Shown: piece after piece, positions 1 to 25,491 of the stretch
Layout: each line of letters starts with the position of its first letter
How positions within the stretch are numbered: the stretch's first letter is position 1
From: Bugula neritina
Taxonomy: Eukaryota > Animalia > Bryozoa
Direction of reading: 5' to 3'
Assembly: GCA_964035545.1 (NCBI GenBank)
Contig: OZ037773.1
Location: forward strand, 10,197,751-10,261,750
DNA: 64,000 nt
The notes under the pieces: generated by a model
What the model saw: only the letters and a program-made list of their open reading frames with translations
Databases searched by the model: none
What the model was told of the DNA's origin: nothing
Translations under genes and position numbers: made by a program

Positions 1-552
1 TCTCATTCACCAAGTGGACACGGATCACCCTCTCATTCACCAAGTGGGCATAGAGCACCAAGAGGTCACGGAGCACCCTCTCATTCACCAAGTGGTCACG
101 GATCACATGGAGGTCATGGTAAACCATCTCATTCACCAAGTGGACACGGAGCACCATCTCATTCACCAAGTGGTCACGGAGCCCCATCTCATTCACCAAG
201 TGGACACGGAGCCCCATCTCATTCACCAAGTGGACACGGAGCACCCTCTCATTCACCAAGTGGTCACGGAGCCCCATCTCATTTACCAAGTGGACACGGA
301 GCACCCTCTCATTCACCAAGTGGACACGGAGCACCCTCTCATTCACCAAGTGGTCACGGAGCCCCATCTCATTCACCAAGTGGACACGGAGCACCATCTC
401 ATTCACCAAGTGGTCACAGATCACATGGAGGTCATGGTAGTCCATCTCATTCACCAAATGGGCATAGAGCACCGCATGGTCATGTTTCCAGACCTCACCG
501 TAGATACTATGGTCCAAGAAGCAAAGGCCACAGGTCTACTGGACGATACTAA
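1..552 (+). CDS. 3' end (partial) of His/Ser/Gly/Pro-rich tandem-repeat protein, unit SHSPSGHGAP
   Basis: Frame +1 is open from base 1 to TAA at 550-552: (SHSPSGHGAP)n ... HVSRPHRRYYGPRSKGHRSTGRY*. Variation between 30-bp units is largely synonymous in this frame (gga/ggt, gca/gcc, ccc/cca). AATAAA at 769-774. Confidence 0.75.
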   Translation, partial: SHSPSGHGSPSHSPSGHRAPRGHGAPSHSPSGHGSHGGHGKPSHSPSGHGAPSHSPSGHGAPSHSPSGHGAPSHSPSGHGAPSHSPSGHGAPSHLPSGHGAPSHSPSGHGAPSHSPSGHGAPSHSPSGHGAPSHSPSGHRSHGGHGSPSHSPNGHRAPHGHVSRPHRRYYGPRSKGHRSTGRY

Positions 553-1570
553 CCAGTGATCTCTCTATTGGATCAAACATTTTATTCAGTTGCTATATAG
601 AGTTCGACTTTTCCAATATACTAACAACACTATTTGTCAACATGCTAGCTTTCTCATTGAAATTGTCATTAAGATTTAGCTGCTCTTGTCCTTTTGTTTT
701 TTAGTTCTCTAATGTGTTTTGAAATGGAAAACATTGTTTTCAATGAAATGCTGTTTTGAGTGTCATTAAATAAAAGATGCTACTTTAATTAGGCTTTATG
801 CCTTACCTTATGCATACAATATATATTATACAGCAATATATACTAGGTTCAACCTTGTATTTATATAACTTCAAAAAATATATATTAATAAAAAATTATT
901 TAGCATATCATATGGAATTATAATACATAATAGAAAATATGTGATATGATATATATACAATATTCAATATACAATTTATAATATATAAGTTTCAATTTAC
1001 ATGTATATTACGTTTAATACGAGTATAATATAAAGTAGAACGAATTATGAAAATAATCTGTTGGACTGGCAATCTCCATAATAATTTCAAATTTTGTAAA
1101 TCACAGCACATATTTTCATATATTTAAACTCAGCAATACTTTTTATAGGAGCAGTATATTTCAAAGATCAATATTCTCTAGTTTTTAATGGCATTTGATT
1201 ATACACCATACAAAATCACTCTTTGTTTCACTAATTATATAGGAAAAGCAATAATTACTTCGCACTTTATGTTTGTTCAACAATATATATATTATTGTGT
1301 GCTGATACGTAAAAACAGCTACTCAATAACAAATATAAATATTCCCTTTATAATCATCTTGTTAGAACATTTCTCATGGCTAAGTGGCTGACTCTAGCAG
1401 CGTTACGCAGTTAGGCTTTGCTGTCAATTAGATGGAGGTTAGCATTGCACTGGTAGCATCCTGCTAGATCTTTTGCAATAAGGTTTATTCAAACTAACAT
1501 TGAGTGAAGCTTGCGTGTGAAATACTAGTATATAGATATTTATAGAAAGTCTTTCAGAGATCTTGCAAGG

Positions 1571-13388
<11,818 letters not shown>

Positions 13389-14593
13389 ATGGAAGAAATA
13401 AAGGAGCTTAAACAGCAAATAAACTTTATATATATTCAATTTAAAAAACGTTCATTTGCAGTTTGCTGAAATAGTAGTTAATATTGTATAATATTCAATT
13501 CAGCAATTGCATTTGTGTTTATAGTGTTGTACAGAGTTGTCAAAAATAAATATAATATAAGGTTTTCATGATTTGTTTTAAAAAAAATTCATGATTCAAT
13601 TTTAGACAACTTTTGTTGATACAACAATTTTTTCAATTGTAAAAGCTGTTAACTAAGCACCAAAAATAAATATAATATATATTATATATAATAATATATC
13701 ATATTATGTATAATATAATATATAAAATTCAAAACTCATGATAATGCATTGAAATTGTTCGCTTCTTGCATGGTTATAAACCAGGGCTTGAGTTTTATTA
13801 CACTATCTGCAGCTATAAACTAGAGTCTAGAATTCTATTACATACCTTTGAAAGTATATCATATATAACATGAGAGCTCACAAGATGGGCTTTTCCTCCT
13901 TCAATATAAATACATTATAAGTAAATTTTGCCTAATATTTTTTCTTAGGTTTTTTTCAATACAGTTTTTAATTTGCACATATAACTTTGTTTGAATTTAT
14001 TACCATCATACTATATATCTTGTGAAATTATCAAGTAATATAGTTCTTGAAGTTATCCCTCTTGTTCACCTGGTTGAGATATGAAGTCCTAATACCTTAG
14101 TTAATTTAATACTGCACATATTTGCACAATAAATAATTAATTATTTCAGCTTAGCTAAATCTACTATGACATTATACTTGTAAACAAAAGCCTGGAAAGC
14201 AGGTCCATGTTGAGCTATATAATGCATTTATGTCAACTAATCTACCCATTGCGAGTTGTAATGTGTGCAGGAAAGCAAAGAATTCTGTTGTCTTTGTTTC
14301 ACTTTGTAGGTTGGTATAAATATAATGTATCTGTTCTGCTAAATGTTATATATAATGAACTAGAGTGTGAAACTTGTAAATAAGTTCAAATACACAATTA
14401 AACCTAGCTTTTTCAAACAAAATGTTTACAAACAAATTTTTTTTCACTCAATATAATTTTTTAAAAAGCTTTGCAAAGTCTGTCACTTGTATATTTACAG
14501 GTAGGTTAGTTATATCTTGCTACTTACAGGTATAGCATGATTAATTTACTATTCACTGACAGATGCACAGAATAAAGTCTGACTAAGTGAAAC

Positions 14594-17500
14594 ATGGCTT
14601 CTTTCCAACTGGTTGTGATCGTCACTTCCCTGATTCTACAGAGCAGAGCTTTGTCTAGTGTACTGGGTAAGACATTCAACTCTCAACTTTATCTTAAACC
14701 TTTGCTTTAATCTCAGGGGCTAACTCAAGTTACCATGCATGCTTTTTAAAAAAATTATTTGTTTATATTTTCTTTAATTATATAAAACTTTAGTTGGCAG
14801 TAAAAGAGATTGGTTGCCTTCATAAAACATTGCAGACTTTTTCATAAGCATACACCAGTAAGAAAAAATTTAATTTATAAATTGTAACTGAAAAGAAACA
14901 TAAGTTACTACTGCAAGGTCTATCAGCACCATGCTTCAAATGTGTGTGATTGATACAAAAGCGGAGATGATTGGTTTTAATAGAATCAATTCTATTGTAG
15001 TTTTATATATTATCTATTTCAGATCTTATTGCTTTTATAGTTTGATTAGTACTTTTATATCAGCCAGAAATATTGTAGATTTGCCAGATTGCAGAAGAGG
15101 ATACATTACAGAAGACGTTGAACTTTCAACAGATGATATGAAAATCACCAACACAGATCATTCTAGAACACTTGTAGAGTGTCTCGGAGGTTGTTGGTTA
15201 CAAATACCTTTCAGCTGTAGTAGTGTGGTCAGAGATGATCAGGGTGAGTCTCTGTAATACAGACAGACAGGCAGACAGACAGACAGACTGAGAGTTAAAT
15301 AGACAGACAGACTGAGAGACAGACTGAGAGAGAAATAAACAGACGGGTAGACAAACATACAGACATGTAGAGAAACATACAGACAGACATATACCAACAA
15401 ACTGACAGGCAGACAGACGCACAGACAGGCAGACGAACAGACAGACATATGAGAAGCGAAAAGTTGTTGTAATTCTAATAATTTTAATAATTTGCAGTTT
15501 TCATAGCATTTTAATTCCATGGTAACTTTCAGGTACATGCTATCACCTCAATGGAGGATCTCTTTCAGACCTGCTTCTTGGACACACCCACAAGCAAGAA
15601 AGCTCCTCCCACAAGTTTGACAACTCAACCATTTATGGAGATTTCATGGAGTTTGTTCAGAAAGGAGATGTAAGTCGTGATGAACTTTAATTAGTGTAGT
15701 TTGTTTAGTGCATTTGATATTAAAGTTGTAATATAATATAGTGAGAAAAAGCTCAGGCTTAAGAAACGGATTGTCGATTAAAGCTTCACTTTGGCAGCTG
15801 TTAAAAGGAGCCTGAGTCAACATTGGAAGTAATAACGTAGCACTGAGTGCGCTATGTGACAATTTATAATTGTAATTATAATAAATAATTAATTAGATAA
15901 TTATCCAAACGTGATGCTCACACGGTACATTGACATTGGTACATCGCACTGTATTAATATCTTGTAACGAATAAATGTCCTATAAGAGTTATCACGTAGG
16001 TAAATTGTTCATTCATGCTGTTAATAGAGATATTTTATATATTATATCTGCCACTTAACTACGTTAAGCAAACATATCGCCTTCAAATCAATCGTGCATG
16101 CTTTGTATCGTGCAATTCATCAGTCATCAAATAGTTTATAATAAAAATGGTTTTACATTTCCTATAAATGGTGTAAAAATATTTCTCAATAAATGTCAAA
16201 TATATTTAAATATCAACGTATCTTATCGACCTATTTTTCAAATCAAACGGCGTATCTTAGAACATCCGGTTTTAATATTGATATATAATTTTTAATTTAA
16301 ATTATTCTATCTTACTTTTATATTATTTTATATTATGTTATATTGTATTATATTTTATTGTATTGTATCATATTATAATAAATTTTACTATATTATATTA
16401 TATCACATAGTATTATATTATATTCAGTATATTTTACAATATATTATATTAGGTTATATTATAATATTATGCCACCTTATGTTACGTTTTCATATTATCA
16501 AAATATTAGTTTTTCTGCTCTCATTAATTAGTTACTCATGCAAATTGTGTAAATATTGAAATGATATATCACTTCAATATTTACACACTTTTTCTAGAGA
16601 TAAAAATTTGCAAAGTTGCAAGAGAAAGGTGTTCATATCTCTTGACAGCAATATAATAATGCTATGGGCAGCAATATAATAATACTATAGGCAGCAATAT
16701 AATAATACTATAGACAGCAATATGAGATTACATGCAGATGATGTTTCTCTAAGGTATCCAACTGCTATGATGTGGAGTGTAGTTCTGGTGAGCTCTGTTT
16801 GAGAGGATGTAGTGGGGAGAGTTTGAGTCACCCTGTCTGTGTAGGTGAGTGTTTACAGTGTCTACTTGTGACTCAGAGATAGCCAAATAAATCTTACTGG
16901 ACAATATCAAAGAAGAATTCACAAGCTTGTATTTAAGATACGGATAGTATTAAGTGAGGCTGATAACCACTACGCAATAGATATGGTTTTAAAGTTAAGG
17001 CTTATTTTAGTTTACATAAGTCAAAAACAATTCAGTTTTTTTAAAAAATCTATTCAAAGTAAAATTTACTTAAATTTATGATGCAATTTTAATTCCTTAT
17101 GTCTGATTAAAAAAACTCTTTTGTTTCTGATAAGAATGGCGACTATAAACACTCATGAGGTTTTTTTTGCTGAATTTATTTTGTACCTTTCAATATGCCC
17201 AATTGATTCTCTATTTTCTTATACATTCAGCTGATCAAAGTGATTGTGAGTTGACATCAGAAGTGAAAAATATTCGGCATTACTGGTCGTCTGCAATAGC
17301 GGAAACAATGAATTCTGGGACGGTTATGGTAGGTTATGATATTTCCTGTACGTCTGTCTGTATGTCTCCACTGATGAAATTTCCACGCTATTCTCCAAGA
17401 ATATGTCTGTCTGTTAGTCAGTGACATACCCGAAACTCTCCGATACCACTGCCATCCGAGTCATCATGCACATGGCTGTTGGTAACCGAGGAAACGACAC

Positions 17501-17960
17501 TTGCAGCAAGTGGTTCTTCACATTCAACGGGGCGGTGTGCACTGACCCCGCAAGCATTGAAATGTCGGACTACAGATCTGGAGTCGGACAACACCATCAA
17601 GCTATGGATCGTAGGTTATACTAATAACCATATGATATCTAAACTGTATGTTATATGAAATACAAGTTTGCCACTCGATCTGAGCTGTTCTATATTGATT
17701 GTCCTAAATGTATATTATAGTTTTACTGCAAACTTCTTGTAATTGTTTTAGGATAATATTTAGTATTTTCTGCATTTTCACTACAGTTGATGGCATATGC
17801 AACTACATACCTAAAGGGAACATTAAAATCAATCTGCAAGTAGACAGATGTGACGGTTTCACCAATAATGGAACTGTGTCTGGCTGGAATTCTGCCAGCA
17901 CCTTGGTCGTCATGGAGATAGATTCAACAAACTCATTGGCCAATATTAGTCATTCTGGTA

Positions 17961-18056
<96 letters not shown>

Positions 18057-18306
18057 ACACACACACTCACACACACTCACACACACTCACACACACTCAC
18101 ACACACACTCACACACACTCACACACACTCACACACTCACACACTCACACACACTCACACACTCACACACACTCACACACACTCACACACACACACTCAC
18201 ACACACTCACACACACTCACACACACTCACACACACTCACACACTCACACACTCACACACACTCACACACACTCACACACACTCACACACTCACACACTC
18301 ACACAC

Positions 18307-18340
<34 letters not shown>

Positions 18341-21300
18341 ACTCACACGTACACCACTCACTCACTCACTCACTCACTTACTCACTTACTCACACCTATA
18401 TACACCTATACACCCATATGTCTCATTATTTGATATTATAGAACAAGCTAACAACCACTGCAAGCTCCTCAACAGCTTTAATTATTTTTCGGAGGCTTGG
18501 TTTGGAAACACATCTATGACAACTGACCTTGAGAATGAAAGTGTTCTGTTGAAGGTCAATAGTTATAATACGTATAAACTTATTTTAGTAGATTCTAGAT
18601 TAATCAATTGTACTTATAGCTTTCAGCTCATTTAGAAGGTAAGAAAATTGAATTATTACAACAGCAATTCTTATAAACTTTTTGAGTCAAAGGACGAAAG
18701 CTATTAAAGTTCACAACCTGGAAAACAACTTTTATAATTCAACTATATAATTATGATTTATAGAAACTTTTTTTAACTTCAAAGACATTTAAACTATTTT
18801 ATTCGTTCAAAATTGAGCTCCATTTATCTTAGTTGTCAGAGGCTTTGAAATCCATAACGCTATAATAGCTAACTCGTAGGCTTAAATACTATACTGTATT
18901 CTTTGAAAAACCATCACAAATATTATTGTGAATAAAAGGTGTGTTACTACACTTTCAAAATATCACATGTTTTATCTTACGTAGACTGTGAACTACACCA
19001 AGTGGTCAGATTCCACCACCCTTAGAATCAAGTACAGCGCTGTAAGTGGAGTAGAAATCCTTGATCCGACACTTTACTATTGTGCCAGATGGTAAGTCTT
19101 GATTCTTAGAAGTAAAGTATAACACTAAAGCTGATGAACATCAGCAAAGTTTATTGCAGAAGAATTGCAGTAACAAGTTGTATAATATATGCTTTCATGA
19201 TACGGAAATATATAACCTGCTACTACAACTGCAATATTATAATAAAACATTAAGTGAATAAGGAATTAAACTGAATGTTTTGTTGGTGTTATATCCTGAA
19301 AGTACTTTACAAATGTTTTTAAGCACATCTCATTACTCAAATAGAATAAATACCCCAACTAGCACAAAGAAATAAATTGGACCAATCAAACAGCCTCCAA
19401 TGTTTGTTACTTTGACTCCCAAGGTTTGTGACAGTAAACGATGTTGAGTGTAACGTTCCTGTAGAGTTCATAGTTCACCAATGGCTGCCAAATCACTATC
19501 TTTACTGGAATAAGCACTTCCGGACTCGAACAGGTGAAATTATTACTTCATATTTGTTGTTGCATGGTGCAACAATTACTTTACCAAGATATTGTCAATT
19601 TATCTAAATTTATATTACCAACAGCTATTTTCAGTAGTTTTATTTTATCTATCTTCATTTAATGCAGATTCTCTTTTGTTGTGTAACAAATAAGCTAGTA
19701 ACATTAGAAAACAAATTTAAATAACTAGCTTATGAATAATAACTGAACAACTAAAATGCATGCTTGCTTTTCATTTTGATAAACTTTACTCTGAATGATT
19801 CAAAAATTAATATAAAAATAAGACAGTTTTAGCTCAGACCCTCTAAAACCATACAAATATTTTAAATGAAGGTGTAAATCTTGTACCAAAGCAATAGTAA
19901 GATATGACAAGCATGTTTTGAACTGCACTTTTAGCTGAAGGCTTGTGTGAAGGGGATTTCTCTGCTGGAACTTATCAGATCAAAGTTTGGGTTGGAAGAT
20001 GCAGGTTGCTTCAGTCTCAGCCTACAAGAATAGTAGTGGGAAAGGACAACTCTGCCTCACGTCTGCATATAGTAGAGCTCCAGACTCAGCACAGTGTAGA
20101 CGGACGTAAGTATCTAGACTATCTCAGCACAGTGTAGACGGAGGTAAGTATCTAGACCAGGGCTGTCCAACAGGCGGCCCGGGGGCCGGATCCGGCCCTC
20201 CAGCTATATTTGTGTGGCCCCCAAGGTATAGCAAGTTACAAATTTTAAAATGTAGTTTAATTTCTTGTACAATATTGTTCTGTGGGTGGCATGCGTGTTA
20301 CCTACTTATTATTGTTTAGCCTGAGATCAAACTACAACCAATAACAGCAAGCTAGTCATTATAGCCTGTTAGCTAGCAAGCTTGTGACTTACAATATGTA
20401 GACCCCTATATTATATTCTCATCTCTACTCGTTCACTGAAGCGTGAAGTGAGCACAGTGCTTACTACTTGAAAAGAAATATACCATTCCCCCCCCCCCCC
20501 CCCCCCCCCCCGTGTATAAATCCACAATTTATATAAAATCTATAAGTCATTGCTTTTTTATTCAGATATCATGCTTTCTTGCTAAGTTATTTTACTGGTA
20601 CTAAACAATCAACTTTTCAGGCAAAATTAGCCGAAAATGTGCAGTTTTTTCTTTCTAGAACTTTGCAAAAGAATGAAAAAATTCCAAAAAATTGCACTGG
20701 AAAAAAATAAGATTCACACCATAATTTTTAAATTTTGATTCTAGTAGCATACAATTAAATGATATTTTTCTACTGGTACTAAATTTTTACACAGTTACAA
20801 TGCAAACCTGAGCAAGGCAGTTGCAGCTAAAAAGTTGCCCTTAGCTATCTTGTGCAGACAGATATTTCAAAAACATTTAATCAGGACTGGCCATATATAG
20901 AGACAAGACTTTTTTGAAAGTATAACTGAGATCTCACTTTTATTGATTGTATTGTGAAAGATAAGTAGTTGAAGAATCTCTGGCACACTTCAATTATGCA
21001 GTACTAAAATATTCTTATGTATGTTAGTTTTCATTTACATACTGTTTTAAGGTTAGATGCCTAAACAATTTTGTTTTATAATGAATTTTGTACGAGTATG
21101 TACTGAAATGATTTGAGATTTCTGATCGCCTTGACCTTCGACATTTGACCTTTGACTGTTAGGTACTATAAAACTTATACTATTTATAGCTAACTTTCAT
21201 AGCATACTATTGTTAGATGCTGCACTGCACAGCACTATCACTGAGATGGCTTGAAGGTTTGAACTTTCAATTTTTAGTCAAATGAAATACACAAAAATAA

Positions 21301-23844
21301 ATATCACACTTCACTCACTAGTCAGCACTTAGTCCAGCAACTAAGGGTTATATGTTCTGATACGGAACCAGATATTAACAGAATTGTTCAAGGCAAACAA
21401 TACTCACTGTGTACTCACAAGTGTCTCACTGATGGTTGTAAAATATAACTATAGGCTACCGCTATGAGTATATAGACTTTTAGCACTGGCATATCTTGTT
21501 TAAATTTTGCATGAATAATATCATGAATATTTACTTTGTACGTATATATGTATAATTTGGGTTTGGTTACAATTTTGTATTTATGTTTCTTGTTTACCTA
21601 TTTTAATTAAATGCGTATACACACATACACACACATACATACACATACACACACACACATAAATATCGATTTAAATGTGTTATATGATTTTAATAAAAAT
21701 GCAAAGCCTAGCCATTGCTTATAATTACAATACATATAGCCTGCAGATGCTTAATGAATCTTGAAAATTGATTTTTAAAAACAGAAAAAATGTTGTGGCC
21801 CTCGGCTCAAGATGAAACTTGCAGAGTGGCCCTCGGTCTGAAAAGGTTGGACACCCCTGATCTAGACTATTGCGTGCTTCATTTCATCTGATGCCGAGAT
21901 TTTACATTTAGTTTCTAGTTTCATCTTAGCTAACACACTCAGCACAGTTGCAACATTGCACCTTCGCATCTAGTTGACTAATCAGCATTGATATTTCACA
22001 TCTAGTTAACCAATAAGCCTTTCCTTTTCACATTTATTTGACTAATTAACTGTTAGCTCTAATAACTAATTTGTTGACAAGAATTGATGATTTTACCAAC
22101 TTTGGGAAAATTATGTTTTTTTCCAAGTAATTTGTTCAACATTGAAGCAATTAGAAAAAAAAACACAACAAATACTGGTTTAAAAAGTAATTGTAATCTG
22201 TGTACGTGCATACATGTCAGTTATATATAGTGACTACAGTTGGATGACTTTTATTGATTTTTAAATTGGTTTTCATGCCAGCTATATTATAATTCTCGAG
22301 AAAAAGCATTGTAGCTTTTTCAACTAGTTCAAACCAAGTCGGAGATGTTTAGAAGTCATATGGGACAGATAGCTAGCCACCCATACAATGAACTACGTGC
22401 TGATGCAGACCAAGGCTATGTTGTGAGTTTTACGTACACCAAGATGTACAGAGATACGGCGTTACGTCTGACAGCAACTGGAGACCATAGGATACAGTAC
22501 GATGCTAACATGGGTAACTCCCAGTGTGGAAGATGGTGAGGATAACTCCAGCACTATAACTTTATAATTCAATATTTATTACTGAAAGAAGAATACTGCA
22601 CTAAAATATTTCTATCTTGTGCAGTACAATTCATTACATGCTTGTCAAACAATATATTTATAATTTTCAATTATTTAACTCAGTTTTTATTAGGTTTATT
22701 TTATTGGTTCGGTGAGGCTGAATTATTAAAAGCATCTCACTATAGTAGTTTTTGCCTAAATTATACTATTACACAATCACTGCATATTTCAATTTTCTCC
22801 CTGTGTTTGCAACCAGTTATGTTAATAAGCTGAAGTCATGCACAAAATACTTAAATTATTTTAATAATCAACTCTACCTGCTTTTAGTTATACTGAAGAG
22901 TTTCAGCAATGGTTACTTAAGTAAACAAGTAATACATCTTGCCTTTAGACTTTACTGATAATCTGTTTCAGGTATTTTCTGATTGATCACTCAGAGTGTA
23001 GAGATCCTGGAAGTATTGAAGGAATCAGTTATTTTGAGCATTTCTCTAATGTGCACAACCCTATGCAAGGTAATTTATATAATATATACAATAATATGCA
23101 AGGTTATGTTTATATAATATATACAATACTACGCAAGGTAGTGTTTATATAATATATACAATACTACGCAAGCTAATGTGTATATAATATATACAATAAT
23201 ATGCAGGGTTATGTTTATATAATATATACAATACTACGCAAGGTAGTGTTTATATAATATATACAATACTACGCAAGCTAATGTGTATATAATATATACA
23301 ATAATATGCAGGGTTATGTTTATATAATATATACAATACTACGCAAGGTAGTGTTTATATAATATATACAATACTACGCAAGCTAATGTGTATATAATAT
23401 ATACAATAATATGCAGGGTTATGTTTATATAATATATACAATACTATGCAAGGTAATGTTTATATAATATATACAATACTATGCAGGGTTATGTTTATAT
23501 AGTATATATACATATAACGAGATATTGTTACAGTGAGTGGTCTATGTCATGTGATGTTGTTACAGTGAGTGGTATATGTCATATAATGTTATACAGTGCA
23601 TGGTATATGCCATGTGATATTGTTATATAGTGAGTGGTATATGTCATGTGATATTGTTACAGTGAGTGGTATATGTCATGGCATATCGCTAGGCAACCGC
23701 CGCATCCATTACATGGTTGGGGTGTGTGACGGTTATTCAGCTACTAATGCTTACACTGGCTGGGAGTCGTCATTCCACGTGATTGTGGAAGAGTTGAGAG
23801 TTGAGGAAGTGAGAGAATGTTCTGGAATACCAGTCACATGCTAG
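14594..23844 (+). CDS. Secreted protein: signal peptide + PAN/Apple-like + Cys-rich module + 3x CTHRC1-like C-terminal domain (paralog B, ~643 aa, 14 exons)
   Basis: Exons 14594-14666, 15064-15243, 15533-15669, 16754-16844, 17231-17328, 17418-17610, 17787-17957, 18442-18554, 18985-19091, 19424-19533, 19935-20105, 22328-22535, 22972-23069, 23663-23844. Same exon number and phases as paralog A. N-terminus MASFQLVVIVTSLILQSRALS; motifs CSKWFFTFNGAVCTDPASIE, SGWNSASTLVVME, EGLCEG..AG..IKVWVGRC, AYTGWESSFHVIVEEL. Confidence 0.9.
15258..15447. repeat. Degenerate (GACA)n microsatellite
   Basis: Direct observation, intron 2 of paralog B. Confidence 0.85.
17960..18395. repeat. (CA)n / (CACACT)n compound microsatellite
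   Basis: Direct observation, intron 7 of paralog B. Confidence 0.95.
20158..21859 (+). mobile_element. Non-autonomous hAT DNA transposon, copy 1 (in intron 11 of paralog B)
   Basis: 14-bp TIRs cagggctgtccaac / gttggacacccctg (1 mismatch); 8-bp TSD atctagac at 20150-20157 and 21860-21867; no transposase ORF; second copy at 27567-29299. Strand is arbitrary. Confidence 0.93.
23062..23500. repeat. ~35-bp minisatellite copying the exon 13 donor junction
   Basis: Units (ta)YgcaagGTartgtttatataatatatacaata start at the true donor atgcaag|gtaatt. Confidence 0.9.
23521..23680. repeat. ~32-bp minisatellite copying the exon 14 acceptor junction
   Basis: Five copies of gatattgttacag|tgagtggtatatgtcat; the last is the homology-supported acceptor. 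Confidence 0.9.
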
Positions 23845-25491
23845 TCACATGCTAGTCACATGCTGGTCACATGATGGCTATATGATAGGTACATGATAGT
23901 CACATAATAGTAACTATCATGTCACATAATCGTGACATGATAGTCACATGATTGTCACCCACTTTTTAAATGTTTTCACACATTATTTTACTCCCTTTGT
24001 GAATATTTACTTTACATCTGATTTTAATGTAACGATAACTATTGAGTTATTATTTTCACAAATTTGGATTTATTATGCCACATTTTCATCCAGATTTTAT
24101 TTATCAGTTTATGAATTCAATCGATTTAACTTATTATCTTTTTATGGCAGACAGCAGGTAACAACTTAGTAAATTTGCAAAACCTGCTAAATTATTTGTC
24201 ATTTCGTCATTTCAATTTTCCATCTGTGTTATAACTTAGCGATGTGTGTAGATATTTTAAATATTATGATTTTATGCACAAAATAAATTTTTTTCAAAGC
24301 GATTGCAACTCCTTTTGACTCTAGCATGAACTGTAGAGCACATATGCTGACTCCAACTTATTTTCAGCAGAAATTGGACAACATGATGTATAATTTTGTT
24401 TTAATAGTAACTTCATAAGTAACATGCTCAACTCATAATCAGAACACAGGGTGCATGTATTTGAGACAGCCTGCCTGCATGATTGCTTTTAGTGCTGTAC
24501 TTGTCATATATATTGCTCGTAACACTCTAAAAGACATAAATAGTTTGCATCCTTAACTTGGTATTTGAATACACTAAAAGTTAGTACGGATTTAATTTCA
24601 GCAGTTCTGTAAAAAAGAAACAAAAACAATTTCAGCCCTTCTCTGCACAACTCCATTACAGATTATAACTTAGAAGAATTTCAAACTCGCTATTTACATA
24701 TAAAGCTAGACATACAGCTCTAACTCATAAAGGAAGTAGAACTGGTTATATTGTGTAACTCGGCTATTATAAAGCTGTCACATTAATTGATCTCATTCAA
24801 ATGTTGTCTATTGACTATACTCTATGCATAGTTACACTGCTTTTTGCTCTCACAATATGCTTGTATTATGTGCATATCTTGACTTCACGCTTAGCACTTT
24901 TATAATCAGTGCGGAATGTATATAAATGTAGTGCCTAGACCTCGTGTCACTGACCTTAGACGGTGTTTTTAAAGTGTAAACTTGACAATCGAAATGTGGG
25001 TGCTAACTAACTTCATAGCTTCTGTAAATATTCTTCAAGGGGTATAAATTTGCTTTAAGGAAAACAGCAAATGAAAAGAACTAAATTATCAAGTTCAATA
25101 GCATATTGACTTAATGTAATTTATCAGGTATTATAAATACATAAATAATAATGCAAAAGAACATGATTAATTTACTGTATATAACTTCCAATGTATCATT
25201 TTCTTATATCTATTCATTTGATTATTATATTGAATTTAAATATAGCTGTTTTGTTTTACTATAATAGGTTATAATAGATGCATGAATGTGGTAAACATTT
25301 TGTGCTGTCATTTTCTATGCTTTTAGGCAACCCATTCACGTTTATGAGTGTCATTGACTTATGATCGTCATTTAAAGGCACGAATATTTTTTTCAACACT
25401 CAGAGTCTGCTGCCTATAATCAATATAGTTGATTATAATTCCTAGTTGACAATTGATTGTTTTATTTACATGTTTATAGTCTGAATAAGGA

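Noticed and set aside
14-559. ORF-track protein with HPLIHQVDTE repeats
   Set aside because: Probably the wrong frame; unit variation is synonymous in frame +1 (SHSPSGHGAP) and non-synonymous here.
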